Positions 22,901-31,376 of a stretch of 64,000 bases of DNA are shown here, one piece after another; the first letter of the stretch is position 1; each line of letters begins with the position of its first letter. Below the pieces are notes generated by a model. It did not search any database. It was not told the origin of the DNA and worked only from the letters and a program-made list of their open reading frames with translations. Origin of the DNA: an uncultured Gemmatimonadales bacterium (GTDB lineage Bacteria; Gemmatimonadota; Gemmatimonadetes; Gemmatimonadales; GWC2-71-9). Position numbers and translations under genes: made by a program. The stretch spans positions 1-64,000 of the forward strand of contig CAVZZO010000001.1 of NCBI GenBank assembly GCA_963779755.1, written 5' to 3'.

Positions 22901-23223
22901 CCCTCCACTCCGACACTATCCGTCGGCTGCGGCTGGTGAAGAGCAGCGACCTCTGCCGGCATGTGGGAGAGAGTGTCCTGGTGGCGGGGATGCTCACCAC
23001 GTCCAAGCCGGTCCATACCGTCAAGGACGAGCCGATGGAGTTTGCTACCTTCGACGACGGCCACGGGCTCATCGAGACGGTGCTCTTTCCCGGTGTCTAT
23101 CGCGCCCGCGGCCACGTACTGTTCGACCAGGGTCCGTTTCTGCTGCGGGGGAAGGTGGAGGAGGAGTTCGGGGCGGTGACGCTCACCGTGACGCACCTGG
23201 AGCGGCTGGAGCGAGTTACCTAA
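19972..23223 (+). CDS. dnaE2: Error-prone DNA polymerase III alpha (DnaE2) with repeat insertions
   Basis: PHP HLHCHS, CGRGS, PDIDLD, KIDLLGNR, FCKGH, C-terminal OB fold; located in a cassette with ImuB. Confidence 0.92.
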   Translation: MFVHLHCHSHFSFGAGTSSPEALVAAAAERGFTALACTDTNGVYGAVEFQQAALEAGVRPILGAHLEHEGQECVVLALDEIGWGALCRAVTGIQWAQAGRQVEQQDRTLASGPPFPIGKGDRGLGRREGGKAGRREVEQPAPFALSAQMATDRAGLAVLSRDISFLERVVKLSGPDGIYAELVPGKERHAVLAAARRLGIPVVATNAVMMAHPEEWSRHRLLRAISSNTAVTAVTAATAPRDAWLRPEPDLARFFPDAPEALTNAARIADRCRYRIPIGRIVPPRLAADQDAHAQLRSLTYEGALRRYGTVAPLVRDRIEHELRIIGMKGFADYFLVVRDIIQHGPTHCGRGSVANSVVSYCLGITHVEPLGAGLLFERFLNPERKDPPDIDLDFPWDERDKVLAYVFQRYPRPRAAMVANHNCFRLRGALREVAKVHGRPPGEIREVTRRIPWYSDDESLGDLLMKHPNYRGLDLPEVWRDLARMAEPLVGIPRHLSLHPGGVVIVPGTLTDYVPLEPAVKTLDGFPDVTVPVIQFEKDGAEDAGLVKIDLLGNRSLAVIRDAIAMVKENTGKEIDYTRGDAGDDPATRALFRQGKTMGVFYTESPASRLLCQKSKAETFDLLVLNTSIIRPASNRFIRVYLERLHGSPWEPLDLCLRDVLSDTFGVMVYQEDVVNVCAVFAGMPLATGDGLRKALSKKRPVKQLAAYAGEFFAGAEALGRNPETAAKVWEMIMSFAGYSFCKGHSCSYIQVAQQSCYLRANHPAEFFAAVLSNGGGFYHPFAYIAEAMREGITILPPDVNESQERCTGRGRELRVGLQFVKGLGAEARERIVGGRQDGPKGLPRGLIRGPLGRQTAGRQVGRQDGRTVRRQEEHPYASLADFRSRTRIADDDLRILIKVGALDSIANGLTRPMMLWAVDSIGAKSDQDGQLSLGSDHLPPCRPAALPPLKEYTEPRKRREQYELLEFNTDVHPMSLHSDTIRRLRLVKSSDLCRHVGESVLVAGMLTTSKPVHTVKDEPMEFATFDDGHGLIETVLFPGVYRARGHVLFDQGPFLLRGKVEEEFGAVTLTVTHLERLERVT

Positions 23224-23386
23224 CCCCCTGTCCCCCTTCCCAATTGGGAAGGGGGAATCGAGACCCGAGCCTCACTCAAAACCGGCGGCAGCTACTCGCG
23301 TAAGATGCCACGATGACAGCCTGACACAGCAAAGCCGAACCCCCAGTGCCCCCTTCCCCTTGGGGGAAGGGGGACGGGGGTTAGGT
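23219..23386. repeat. Two opposed CCCCCTTCCC-N4-GGGAAGGGGG-ACAGGGGGTTAGG elements; the first supplies the dnaE2 stop codon
   Basis: Same element as at 16931-16967 (imuB) and 20308-20345 (dnaE2). Confidence 0.8.
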
Positions 23387-23428
23387 CCCCGATTCCCGAT
23401 TCCAGATTCCTTCACAAAGGAGGCACCG

Positions 23429-23929
23429 ATGCCGTCACCCAAGGAGCAGTTCCTCACCGCCTACGAGAAGGAACACGCCACCACCATGAAGGTCCTGCGG
23501 GCATATCCCACGGACAAGCTCGATCTGCAGCCGCACAAGATGTGCAAGACGGCGCGTGATCTGGCGTGGGTCTTCGTGATGGAGCGAAAGCTGGGAACCG
23601 CGGTATGGCAGGATGCCTTTGCCGCCGCGCCGCCCTCGGGCAGCCCGTCGCCGGTGCCGCAGAACTGGGACGAGCTGCTGGCAGCCCTGGAGCAGGCGCA
23701 CCAGGAATTCGCCGAGCTGGTGCGCTCCACCCCGGACGAGAAGCTGGATCAGACGGTGCGGTTCTTTACCGGAGCCAAGACCATGGGCGATATCCCGCGC
23801 ATCCAGTGGGCCTGGTTCCTGCTCTGCGACCAGATTCACCACCGGGGGCAGTTCTCGATCTATCTGCGAATGGCGGACGGCAAGGTGCCGTCCATCTACG
23901 GGCCGAGCGCGGACGAGCCGTGGAGGTAA
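23429..23929 (+). CDS. DinB/YfiT-family (DinB_2) metal-binding four-helix protein
   Basis: AAGGAGG RBS; DQIHHRGQFSIYLR..VPSIYGPSADE. Confidence 0.85.
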   Translation: MPSPKEQFLTAYEKEHATTMKVLRAYPTDKLDLQPHKMCKTARDLAWVFVMERKLGTAVWQDAFAAAPPSGSPSPVPQNWDELLAALEQAHQEFAELVRSTPDEKLDQTVRFFTGAKTMGDIPRIQWAWFLLCDQIHHRGQFSIYLRMADGKVPSIYGPSADEPWR

Positions 23930-24060
23930 AAACGGGGATCAGGGATCGGGAACCAGGGATCAGGATACTCGCGCCCTGATTCCAGATTCCTGATCCCTGA
24001 TCCTGATCCCATCGACTATCTTCCTGCTCTCCACCGCTCACGCCCGCACCGGAGCCCCAC

Positions 24061-24282
24061 ATGCGCATCCTGATCCTGATCGGAATCCTGCTGGCCGGCC
24101 TGGGGGCCTGGATTGTCTTTCGCGGCCTGAGCTACAGCAGCAGCCACAGCGAAGTGAAGGTGGGAACCTTCGAAGCCACCATCAAGGAAAAGCGGGACGT
24201 CCCCACCTGGGTGGGCGGCGTGGCCATCGTGGGAGGGCTGGTGTTGATCGCCGCCGGGGCCGGCGCGGCCCGCCGGAACTGA
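24061..24282 (+). CDS. Small two-TM membrane protein
   Basis: Two hydrophobic helices; P-x-W-x-GG motif. Confidence 0.7.
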   Translation: MRILILIGILLAGLGAWIVFRGLSYSSSHSEVKVGTFEATIKEKRDVPTWVGGVAIVGGLVLIAAGAGAARRN

Positions 24283-24309
24283 CGGGCTACACCGTCCACC
24301 GGAATAGCG

Positions 24310-24759
24310 CTAACTCTCTTCCCGCACCAGCGTGCCGTTGGCCACGTCGAACACCCGGACGTGAACGATGATGCCCGCGCGGCTGGGGTGCACTTCCCGC
24401 ACATATACAACCTTCTTGTCGCGGCCGGGGCGGTACAGCACCAGGCTGCCGGCGGGGGCCGAGCCGTCAATGTTGTGGCAGGACCGGGAGTGCGCCTGGT
24501 GGCCCGGCGGCACGCCCGGCAGCCAGATACGACACTGTCCCGGAGGCGGCAGATGCCCCGGAGGAATGCCCAGGGTTGCGGCGGTGGAGCGCCGGCCATG
24601 CTCGCGCTCGACAGGTCGAGCATGGTCGGTATGCTCGTCGTGGCCCGTTACCACCGTCCGCCGCGGCGGCGGGGAGGCTCCGGGATCGGAAGTGGTGATC
24701 GTGCAACCGATAGCACCTCCCAGAATCAGGGATAGCGCGATAATCTTGGCTGAACGCAT
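24310..24759 (-). CDS. Lipoprotein with GIPPGHLPPPGxCRIW motif
   Basis: Lipobox GGAIGC; conserved-looking Pro/His motif. Confidence 0.7.
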   Translation of the reverse strand: MRSAKIIALSLILGGAIGCTITTSDPGASPPPRRTVVTGHDEHTDHARPVEREHGRRSTAATLGIPPGHLPPPGQCRIWLPGVPPGHQAHSRSCHNIDGSAPAGSLVLYRPGRDKKVVYVREVHPSRAGIIVHVRVFDVANGTLVREES

Positions 24760-25241
24760 GGGGGCCTCCCGGCCGAAAGGGGGTTGGGAGGCAGGGTGGC
24801 AGATAGTGTGCCCCGGACCCCCCTTTCCCCGCCAGCCCGTGAATGGACTCGCCTGTTCCCGGGCCGCGCCGTCAAGGACGCAGAGCACCTCCTTCCGCCG
24901 GCCGGGGGGAAATCTTTGACACCGGGACCGGAGTGGACTCGTCTGTTTGGGGCGGTGAGGCGGTTGAGGGGAAAGGGGAAGGGGGAAGGGGGCGTAAGTC
25001 CATCGGGCGACACCGCCTTCGTGCTGGTGGACCCGCGTAACGGGGTGGTGCGCGGGCCCATGGGGGTGCTCAACGTCGCGCTGCCGGCAGGCATGAAGCT
25101 GATGCCACCGGCCCAGGGCTGGGCTCGATCGAAGCGAAAGACGTGTCCGGGCATCCCTTGCGTCCGGGCCGCCAACAGCACATCCTGACACCCTTGGGGT
25201 CGGCTCCCCGCCCACCCCTCCATGGCCGCTGGAGGGTCCCG

Positions 25242-26162
25242 ATGGCGCTTCCCGATCTGCGTACCGCCACCATACCCGCCGCTCCGGGTCCGCGGCCGCG
25301 CGACCATGAACTCGATCTCTTCGGGATCACGCATCGGGGCAAGGTCCGGCGCGAGAACCAGGACCACTTCCTGCTCAGCACCGTCCACCCTCACATGGTG
25401 GTGCACGCCACCAGCCTGCCGGAACCGGACAAGCTCCCCCTGCTGGGCGAGCGGCTGGCGACCGTCATGCTGGTGGCCGACGGCGTGGGCAGCGGCGCGG
25501 GGGGTGGGGAGGCCAGCAAGCTGGCCACCGAGGCGGTTACCCGTTACCTCGCCTCCACCATGCGCTGCTACCACACCGCGGGCGGCAAGGACGAACAGGA
25601 ATTCCAGGAAGAGTTGCGCACGGCGGCGCTGGAGGCGCACAACGCCGTCCGGGCACAGGCGATAGAGCGCGCGCGCGAAGAGGGCCGCAGCGATCCCCGG
25701 GGCATGGCCACCACGCTGACGGTGGCCATCGCCGTCTGGCCCTGGACCTACGTGGTGCAGGTGGGAGACAGCCGCTGCTATCACTACCAGGACGGCACCC
25801 TGCTCCAGATCACCAAGGACCAGACGCTGGCCCAGGACCTGGTCGACCGCGGGGTGCTGCCGCGGGAGCGGATGAGCGCTTCCCCCCTGAGCCACGTGCT
25901 GGCGAGCGCCATCGGGGGCGGCGAGGCGACGCCCATCGTGAGCCGGTTCGATATCAGCCGGCGCGGCTGCGTCCTGCTGCTCTGCAGCGACGGGCTCACC
26001 AAGCACGTGTCGGACGAAGAAATCGGCCAGCACCTGGCGGAGATGAGCTCCTCCGAGCAGGTGTGCCGGGAGCTGCTGGATCTGGCGCTGGAGCGGGGCG
26101 GGAGCGACAATATCACCATTATTGCGGGCCGCGCGCTGCCCGCACCACCATCCCCATCGTAG
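25242..26162 (+). CDS. PP2C-type protein phosphatase
   Basis: THRGKVRRENQD, VADGVG, GMATT, VGDSR, LCSDGL, GGSDNIT. Confidence 0.92.
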   Translation: MALPDLRTATIPAAPGPRPRDHELDLFGITHRGKVRRENQDHFLLSTVHPHMVVHATSLPEPDKLPLLGERLATVMLVADGVGSGAGGGEASKLATEAVTRYLASTMRCYHTAGGKDEQEFQEELRTAALEAHNAVRAQAIERAREEGRSDPRGMATTLTVAIAVWPWTYVVQVGDSRCYHYQDGTLLQITKDQTLAQDLVDRGVLPRERMSASPLSHVLASAIGGGEATPIVSRFDISRRGCVLLLCSDGLTKHVSDEEIGQHLAEMSSSEQVCRELLDLALERGGSDNITIIAGRALPAPPSPS

Positions 26163-26180
26163 CCTCTACCCGGAGACCCC

Positions 26181-26864
26181 ATGGCCCCGCACGACGTCCT
26201 TGCCGAGCTGGACCGCCGGATCAAGGCCCGTTCCATTCTGCGGCACCCGTTTTATACCGCCTGGCGGAATGGTACCCTGACCCGGGAACAGCTCTCGGCC
26301 TACGCCGCGGCGTACTATCCCCACGTGGCCGCCTTCCCTGAATACATCCGTACCGCCATCGCCCAGAGCGCCGACCCCGCGGTGACCGAAGAGCTGGCGC
26401 GGAACCTGGACGATGAGCTGACCAATCCCCGGCCTCACCCCGAGCTCTGGCTCGATTTCGCCGAAGGGCTGTCCCTCAGCCGGCGCGAGGTGACCGCCAC
26501 CCTGCCCCGGCCCGCGGCCGCCGGCATGATGGCCACTTTTACCCGGCTCTGCGGCCAGTCCAGCGCCGCCGCCCTGGCGGCGCTCTACGCTTATGAGTCG
26601 CAGCAGCCTGAGGTCTCGCGGGAGAAGATCGACGGCCTGCAGCAGCACTACGGGGTGGCCGACAGCCGCACGCTGGCCTACTTCGAGGTGCACGCCGAGG
26701 CCGACCTGGTACACCGCTCAGGCGAGCGGCGCATGCTGTCCCGCTGCCTCACCACCGGCGGCGCCAGCCCGGAAGAGGTCTTCGAGGCGGCCGACCAGGC
26801 ACTGGACGCCTACTGGGGACTGCTGGACGGCATCGCGCAGGACGCGGGCATCCCGATGAACTGA
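26181..26864 (+). CDS. CADD-family heme-oxygenase-like dimetal oxidase (putative pABA synthase)
   Basis: HPFY..W..G.LTREQL..YA..YY.HV.AFP, NL.DE..H.ELW, YESQ.P..SREK..GL, YF.VH..AD..H. Confidence 0.8.
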   Translation: MAPHDVLAELDRRIKARSILRHPFYTAWRNGTLTREQLSAYAAAYYPHVAAFPEYIRTAIAQSADPAVTEELARNLDDELTNPRPHPELWLDFAEGLSLSRREVTATLPRPAAAGMMATFTRLCGQSSAAALAALYAYESQQPEVSREKIDGLQQHYGVADSRTLAYFEVHAEADLVHRSGERRMLSRCLTTGGASPEEVFEAADQALDAYWGLLDGIAQDAGIPMN

Positions 26865-26872
26865 CGGGCATC

Positions 26873-27010
26873 AACTGCGACACGGAGACACGGAGGCACG
26901 GAGAAAACAGCTTTGTGGGTATGTACGCCGGCAGCGCCGCTGGGCGTAGGCATCGAGGTGCTGCTCGTCTGAGACCACAAGAGCAGTCTCCGTGCCTCCG
27001 TGTCGCAGTT
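26873..27010. repeat. Hairpin element with CACGGAG 9-mer arms between convergent genes
   Basis: AACTGCGACACGGAGACACGGAGGCACGGAGA ... TCTCCGTGCCTCCGTGTCGCAGTT. Confidence 0.85.
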
Positions 27011-27017
27011 TTCCGGC

Positions 27018-28115
27018 CTATCGAGTCTGGAACACCCAGAGATCAGCCCGGTGGTTCGTCGCCGTATAGTCCGACTGCGGCCCGGGGTGCACCGGCGCCC
27101 AGGGCTGGACTTCCACCACCAGGTATTGCCCGTCGGGTGAGATCTGCGGGTGGCGGAAGAGCACTGTGTCGCTCGCTTCGACGTGCAGCGCGCCCGTGGC
27201 CAGCGTCACGAGGTACAGGTCTCCTCCCTCATCCCGCTGCACCCATCCGTGACTGGGCTCGTTCTGCCACAGCACGCTCCCACCCACCACGGCCACCAGC
27301 ACCCCGTTCCGCACCTGGGCGTCGCGCACGATATTGCCGCTGCCGAAGTTGTACACCGGCACCACCCCACCTCCACCCATCGATCGGGCGTAGACCACCG
27401 AGTCCCCGCCCAGGGTGTAGTAGATGGTGTCGGGATCGGCCGCCACCGCCACCGAGGAGGCGTAGTCGGTGCCCGGGACCGGCGTCAGGACCGGGGTGGG
27501 GCCGGTCAGATCCGCATGCATCACATCCTCCCCGGTGAAGAAGGTGTCGGGGTAGAAGGTGGAGCCCTCATACCAGAGCATCTCCGCCAGGTAGACCAGG
27601 TGTCCCGGCGCGGTCCAGGCCGGCAGGCGGATGCTGGAATGGATCCGGCCATTGGACGCGGTGTAGGGCAGGCGCTGGATCAGCCGGGCATAGACCGGAT
27701 TGGCCGCGCTCCCCAGCATCAGCGCCGACTCTCCCAGCTTCTGCTGCCCGATCCAGGAGGTAACCAGGTGATAGAAGATCTGGCCGTCCGGAGCGACGGC
27801 GGGCGATTCCAGCAGATTGGTACTGTCGTCCTCGACCGGCGCGCTGGGGCAGTACTCGGCCAGCCTGGTCCCGCCGGAGGGCGCAATGACCGCCAGGCAG
27901 CGATCGTGGTCCCGCCGGTCTTCCCGCTCGGAGGAGTAGATGATGGCCGACCCGTCCGGCAGCCAGGAGGGCGTGCGGTCGTCACCCGGGTTATACGTGA
28001 GCCGGCGGGGAAAGCCGCTCTGGAAGGGCTGGTTGGTTCCGGTGTCGGCCGGAACCAGCGGCTGCTGATGGCAGGCGACCAGAAGCGCCGCCGCGAAAAC
28101 GGCGATACGTTTCAT
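27018..28115 (-). CDS. TolB-like (PD40) beta-propeller lipoprotein
   Basis: LLVAC lipobox; RRLTYNPGDDRTPSWLPDG; HPQISPDG. Confidence 0.75.
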   Translation of the reverse strand: MKRIAVFAAALLVACHQQPLVPADTGTNQPFQSGFPRRLTYNPGDDRTPSWLPDGSAIIYSSEREDRRDHDRCLAVIAPSGGTRLAEYCPSAPVEDDSTNLLESPAVAPDGQIFYHLVTSWIGQQKLGESALMLGSAANPVYARLIQRLPYTASNGRIHSSIRLPAWTAPGHLVYLAEMLWYEGSTFYPDTFFTGEDVMHADLTGPTPVLTPVPGTDYASSVAVAADPDTIYYTLGGDSVVYARSMGGGGVVPVYNFGSGNIVRDAQVRNGVLVAVVGGSVLWQNEPSHGWVQRDEGGDLYLVTLATGALHVEASDTVLFRHPQISPDGQYLVVEVQPWAPVHPGPQSDYTATNHRADLWVFQTR

Positions 28116-28164
28116 ACGATCTGAGAGACGGCCATCCGCAGGTTCAAGACACAAGGAGTCTCCC

Positions 28165-29256
28165 CTGCCCCCCCTGCCCCCCCTGTCCACTCTGCTGGCC
28201 GGCGCCCTGCTGCTCGCCCCGGCCGCCCTGCCCGCACAGCAGGTTCATGCTCCCCGGCAACTCGAGCGTCTCGCCGACTCCCTGCTGGCGCCGTTCGCGG
28301 CGCCCGGCGCTCCCGGCGCCAGCCTGCTCATCCTCAAGGGCGATTCGGTCCTGCTGCGCAAATCGTACGGCCTGGCCGACCTCGAGACGGGAGCGCAGGC
28401 CACGCCCGCCACCGACTATCGCCTGGCGTCGCTCACCAAGCAGTTCACCGCGGCCGCGGTGCTGCTCCTGGTGCAGGACGGCAAACTGGGCCTGGACGAC
28501 AGCATCCGCACCTGGTTCCCGGCCCTGCCGCCGGCCACCGGCTCCATTACGGTGCGCAACCTGCTGAACCACACCTCCGGGCTCCTGGATTATGAGGACC
28601 TGCTGCGGCCGGACCTCCAGATTCCGGTGCACGACCCCGATGTCTATGCCCTGGTAGCCGGCCGGGACTCGGTGCTCTTCCCCGCGGGCAGCCGGTTCCT
28701 CTACAGCAACACCGGCTACACCATGCTGGCCCTGCTGGTCGAGCGGGTTTCCGGCCGGCGGTTCCCCGACTTTCTGCGGGAACGCATCTTCCAGCCGCTG
28801 GGCATGGGCGGTACGGTTGCATACGAGAAGGGGATCTCCACGGTGCCACGCCGTGCCTACGGCTACTCCAGGGACTCCACCGGCCGCTGGACCCGCACCG
28901 ACGAGAGCCTCACCAGCGCCGTGCTGGGCGACGGCGGGATCTACACCTCCATCAACGACATGGAGCGCTGGTACCGGGGGTTGGACGCCGGCAAGGTGCT
29001 GCAACCCGCCATGCTGACGCAGGCCTACACCGCGCCCGGCATTTCCGGCGCCGACTCGGCCTACGGGTTCGGCTGGTTCCTGGATCCCTTCGACGGCCAT
29101 CCCTCCCATTATCACACCGGCACGACGGTCGGCTTCCGCAACGCGGTGCGCCGGCTTCCGGTGGAGGGGATCACCGTGGTGCTGCTGACCAACCGGAGCG
29201 AGGCGGTGCCGATCGGGATCGTGGACGAGATCGTGGCCTACCTGCTGAACCAGTGA
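28165..29256 (+). CDS. Serine hydrolase, beta-lactamase class C-like
   Basis: ASLTK (SxxK), LLNHTSG, YSN, HTG; frame is open upstream of 28459 to a CTG 6 nt after AAGGAG. Confidence 0.88.
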   Translation: MPPLPPLSTLLAGALLLAPAALPAQQVHAPRQLERLADSLLAPFAAPGAPGASLLILKGDSVLLRKSYGLADLETGAQATPATDYRLASLTKQFTAAAVLLLVQDGKLGLDDSIRTWFPALPPATGSITVRNLLNHTSGLLDYEDLLRPDLQIPVHDPDVYALVAGRDSVLFPAGSRFLYSNTGYTMLALLVERVSGRRFPDFLRERIFQPLGMGGTVAYEKGISTVPRRAYGYSRDSTGRWTRTDESLTSAVLGDGGIYTSINDMERWYRGLDAGKVLQPAMLTQAYTAPGISGADSAYGFGWFLDPFDGHPSHYHTGTTVGFRNAVRRLPVEGITVVLLTNRSEAVPIGIVDEIVAYLLNQ

Positions 29257-29378
29257 GGTAAGGGGTAAGACGTGAGGCGTGATCACAACACGCCTTACTC
29301 CTTACGCCTCACCTCCAGACGCACCCCGGGACCCGACTTCGACCCTCGACCTATGGCATTGGCCGTTGAACCGTTGAC

Positions 29379-31376
29379 CTACCGGCGATAACTCCGCTCC
29401 CCGCTCCGTGCCCCCTCGACTCCACCGGAAACCGTCGTGAGATAGTAGTAATACCGCAGGCCCTGCTTGGCGGTCCGATCGAGATAGCCCAGGTCGCCGG
29501 CCGGCACCTCGCCCAGGCGGGCGGTCTTTCCTCCACGCTGATAACGGTAGATCCGCACCCGCGCACTGGAATCGGCCAGGGGATCCCAGGCCAGCAGCAC
29601 GGCACCGCTGTCTTCCTGGATCCGGAACCCGGCGGGCGCCGGCGGCGGCGCGGGCGCCCGGCTCAGGGTGACGGGGATGGAGGGCTCGCTCCTGGACCCG
29701 GCGACATCCACCGACACCACGGCGTACTGCCAGGTACCACGTTCCGCGGTGGTATCCCGGTAGCGGTTTTCCTCCCGGCCCAGCGGATGAGCAGGAAGCG
29801 TATCCCAGGCGCCGCGCGCGCCGGTACGGCGCAGCACCAGGTACCCGCTGACCAGGGGATCGCTGCGGGTCATGTCGTCCCAGGACAGCACGATGCCGCC
29901 GGGGGCGGCATAGCCCGTGAGGCCCGCCGGCACCGGCGCCGGCTGCACCGCAAACCGCGCGGCCATTGCCGGATTGGAGTACTCGCTCATCCGGTTTCCC
30001 GCCCCGACTGCCCGCACCGCCCAGGTGTACTGCCGCCCGGAACCCAGCGCGGACGAGCTGTCCCTGAAGCTCGAGTCCTCCGCCGGCAGGAGCGGGCTCA
30101 CCAGCTGCATGGCGGTGGAATCGGTCAGCGAATCCAGCGGCGCATCGGTGCGGTAGACCCGGTACCCGGTCAGATGGGGGTCGTCGCCCGGCGTCCAGTG
30201 GATCCGGAAACCGCCGGCGGCCGTGTCGGCCTGGACAGCGAGCGGCGGCGAGGGGGGCAGGGCCGGCTCGAAGTAGCCGAAGACCGCCGCCGTCCGGGGC
30301 GATTCCGTCCCCCGCAGCCCGGTCATGCCCAGCCGGTAGTAGTACATCCGCATGGGCTCGACCTGGAGATCCACGAACGAGGTCTCGCTGGAGGGGACCT
30401 CGGCGATCTGGACATACTCGCCGTTCTGGGCAGTGGACCGGAACACCTGCAGCGTGCGGACGCCGGGCGGTCGGCGCAGGCGCCAGGTCAGGACGATCCC
30501 CAGCGTGTCCACTCCGCGCGCCCGGATCGAGTCCGGCAGCACCACCCCTGCCAGCGGGACGGTGTAGATGGTCACGGTATCGCCGGGGGCGCCGCGGTTG
30601 AAGAACAAGTCGCGCGGGACGGCGTAGTACTGGTACATGTGTCCCGGCTGCACCCGGCGGTCCTCGCTGCGCGCCAGCAACGAGTCGCCCGAACGGATGG
30701 AGACGGCCACGGAATCGATCAGGCCGAAGTCGCCGGTGCGGCCTTCCCGCCGCCAGATCTCCACCGCCTTGGCCCGCGTTCCCCGCTTCCCTACGTACCA
30801 CCAGGCAATGGCGATGGAATCGTCTCCCTCACTCCGCGCCACCGCGACCGAATCGAACTGGACGCCGGGCGGGAAGTGCAGCGAATTGGTCACCACCGCG
30901 TTGCCGACCTTCCCGGCGGTATCCACGTCGCTCACCCGGTATTGCCAGGTCTCGCCGTCCCGCGGTTCGGGGTCGAGCCCGTAGATGCCCAGCGCCAGGC
31001 GCACCTCGTCGTTGCCGATGATGCCGGCCAGGGAATCGGCGTAGGGGAAGCGGACGATGTGGTCCCAGGCCGCGGCCTCGCTCTTCGCACCCAGGGCGCG
31101 CACCACCGCCGCGCGGGTCAGGGAATCGAGCCGGCTGAAGAAGCTGGGCGCATCGGGCGCGGCGCTGACGTCCGCCACCGTCTCCCATTTGCCACCGGGA
31201 TGAGAGCGTTCCAGCCGGTGCGCCGCCACCCCGTTCACCGGGTGAGCCGGCGAAACGGCCGTGCCCTTCATCCAGACGTAGGCCCCGCGCGGGCTGGCAA
31301 AGGCGATGCTGTCGCGGGCCTGGGCGTGGAGCGCCGCAGGCGCGGCCGCCAGGGCGAGCAGAGGCAGGAGTTTCAT
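29379..31376 (-). CDS. Secreted fibronectin type III-like repeat protein
   Basis: Signal MKLLPLLALAAAPAALHA; repeated L.W..GY.VYR..F.D..Y.Y.V units. Confidence 0.8.
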   Translation of the reverse strand: MKLLPLLALAAAPAALHAQARDSIAFASPRGAYVWMKGTAVSPAHPVNGVAAHRLERSHPGGKWETVADVSAAPDAPSFFSRLDSLTRAAVVRALGAKSEAAAWDHIVRFPYADSLAGIIGNDEVRLALGIYGLDPEPRDGETWQYRVSDVDTAGKVGNAVVTNSLHFPPGVQFDSVAVARSEGDDSIAIAWWYVGKRGTRAKAVEIWRREGRTGDFGLIDSVAVSIRSGDSLLARSEDRRVQPGHMYQYYAVPRDLFFNRGAPGDTVTIYTVPLAGVVLPDSIRARGVDTLGIVLTWRLRRPPGVRTLQVFRSTAQNGEYVQIAEVPSSETSFVDLQVEPMRMYYYRLGMTGLRGTESPRTAAVFGYFEPALPPSPPLAVQADTAAGGFRIHWTPGDDPHLTGYRVYRTDAPLDSLTDSTAMQLVSPLLPAEDSSFRDSSSALGSGRQYTWAVRAVGAGNRMSEYSNPAMAARFAVQPAPVPAGLTGYAAPGGIVLSWDDMTRSDPLVSGYLVLRRTGARGAWDTLPAHPLGREENRYRDTTAERGTWQYAVVSVDVAGSRSEPSIPVTLSRAPAPPPAPAGFRIQEDSGAVLLAWDPLADSSARVRIYRYQRGGKTARLGEVPAGDLGYLDRTAKQGLRYYYYLTTVSGGVEGARSGERSYRR

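Noticed and set aside
19972..23223. Inteins in DnaE2
   Set aside because: Insertions are short and low-complexity and lack C/S...HN splice motifs.
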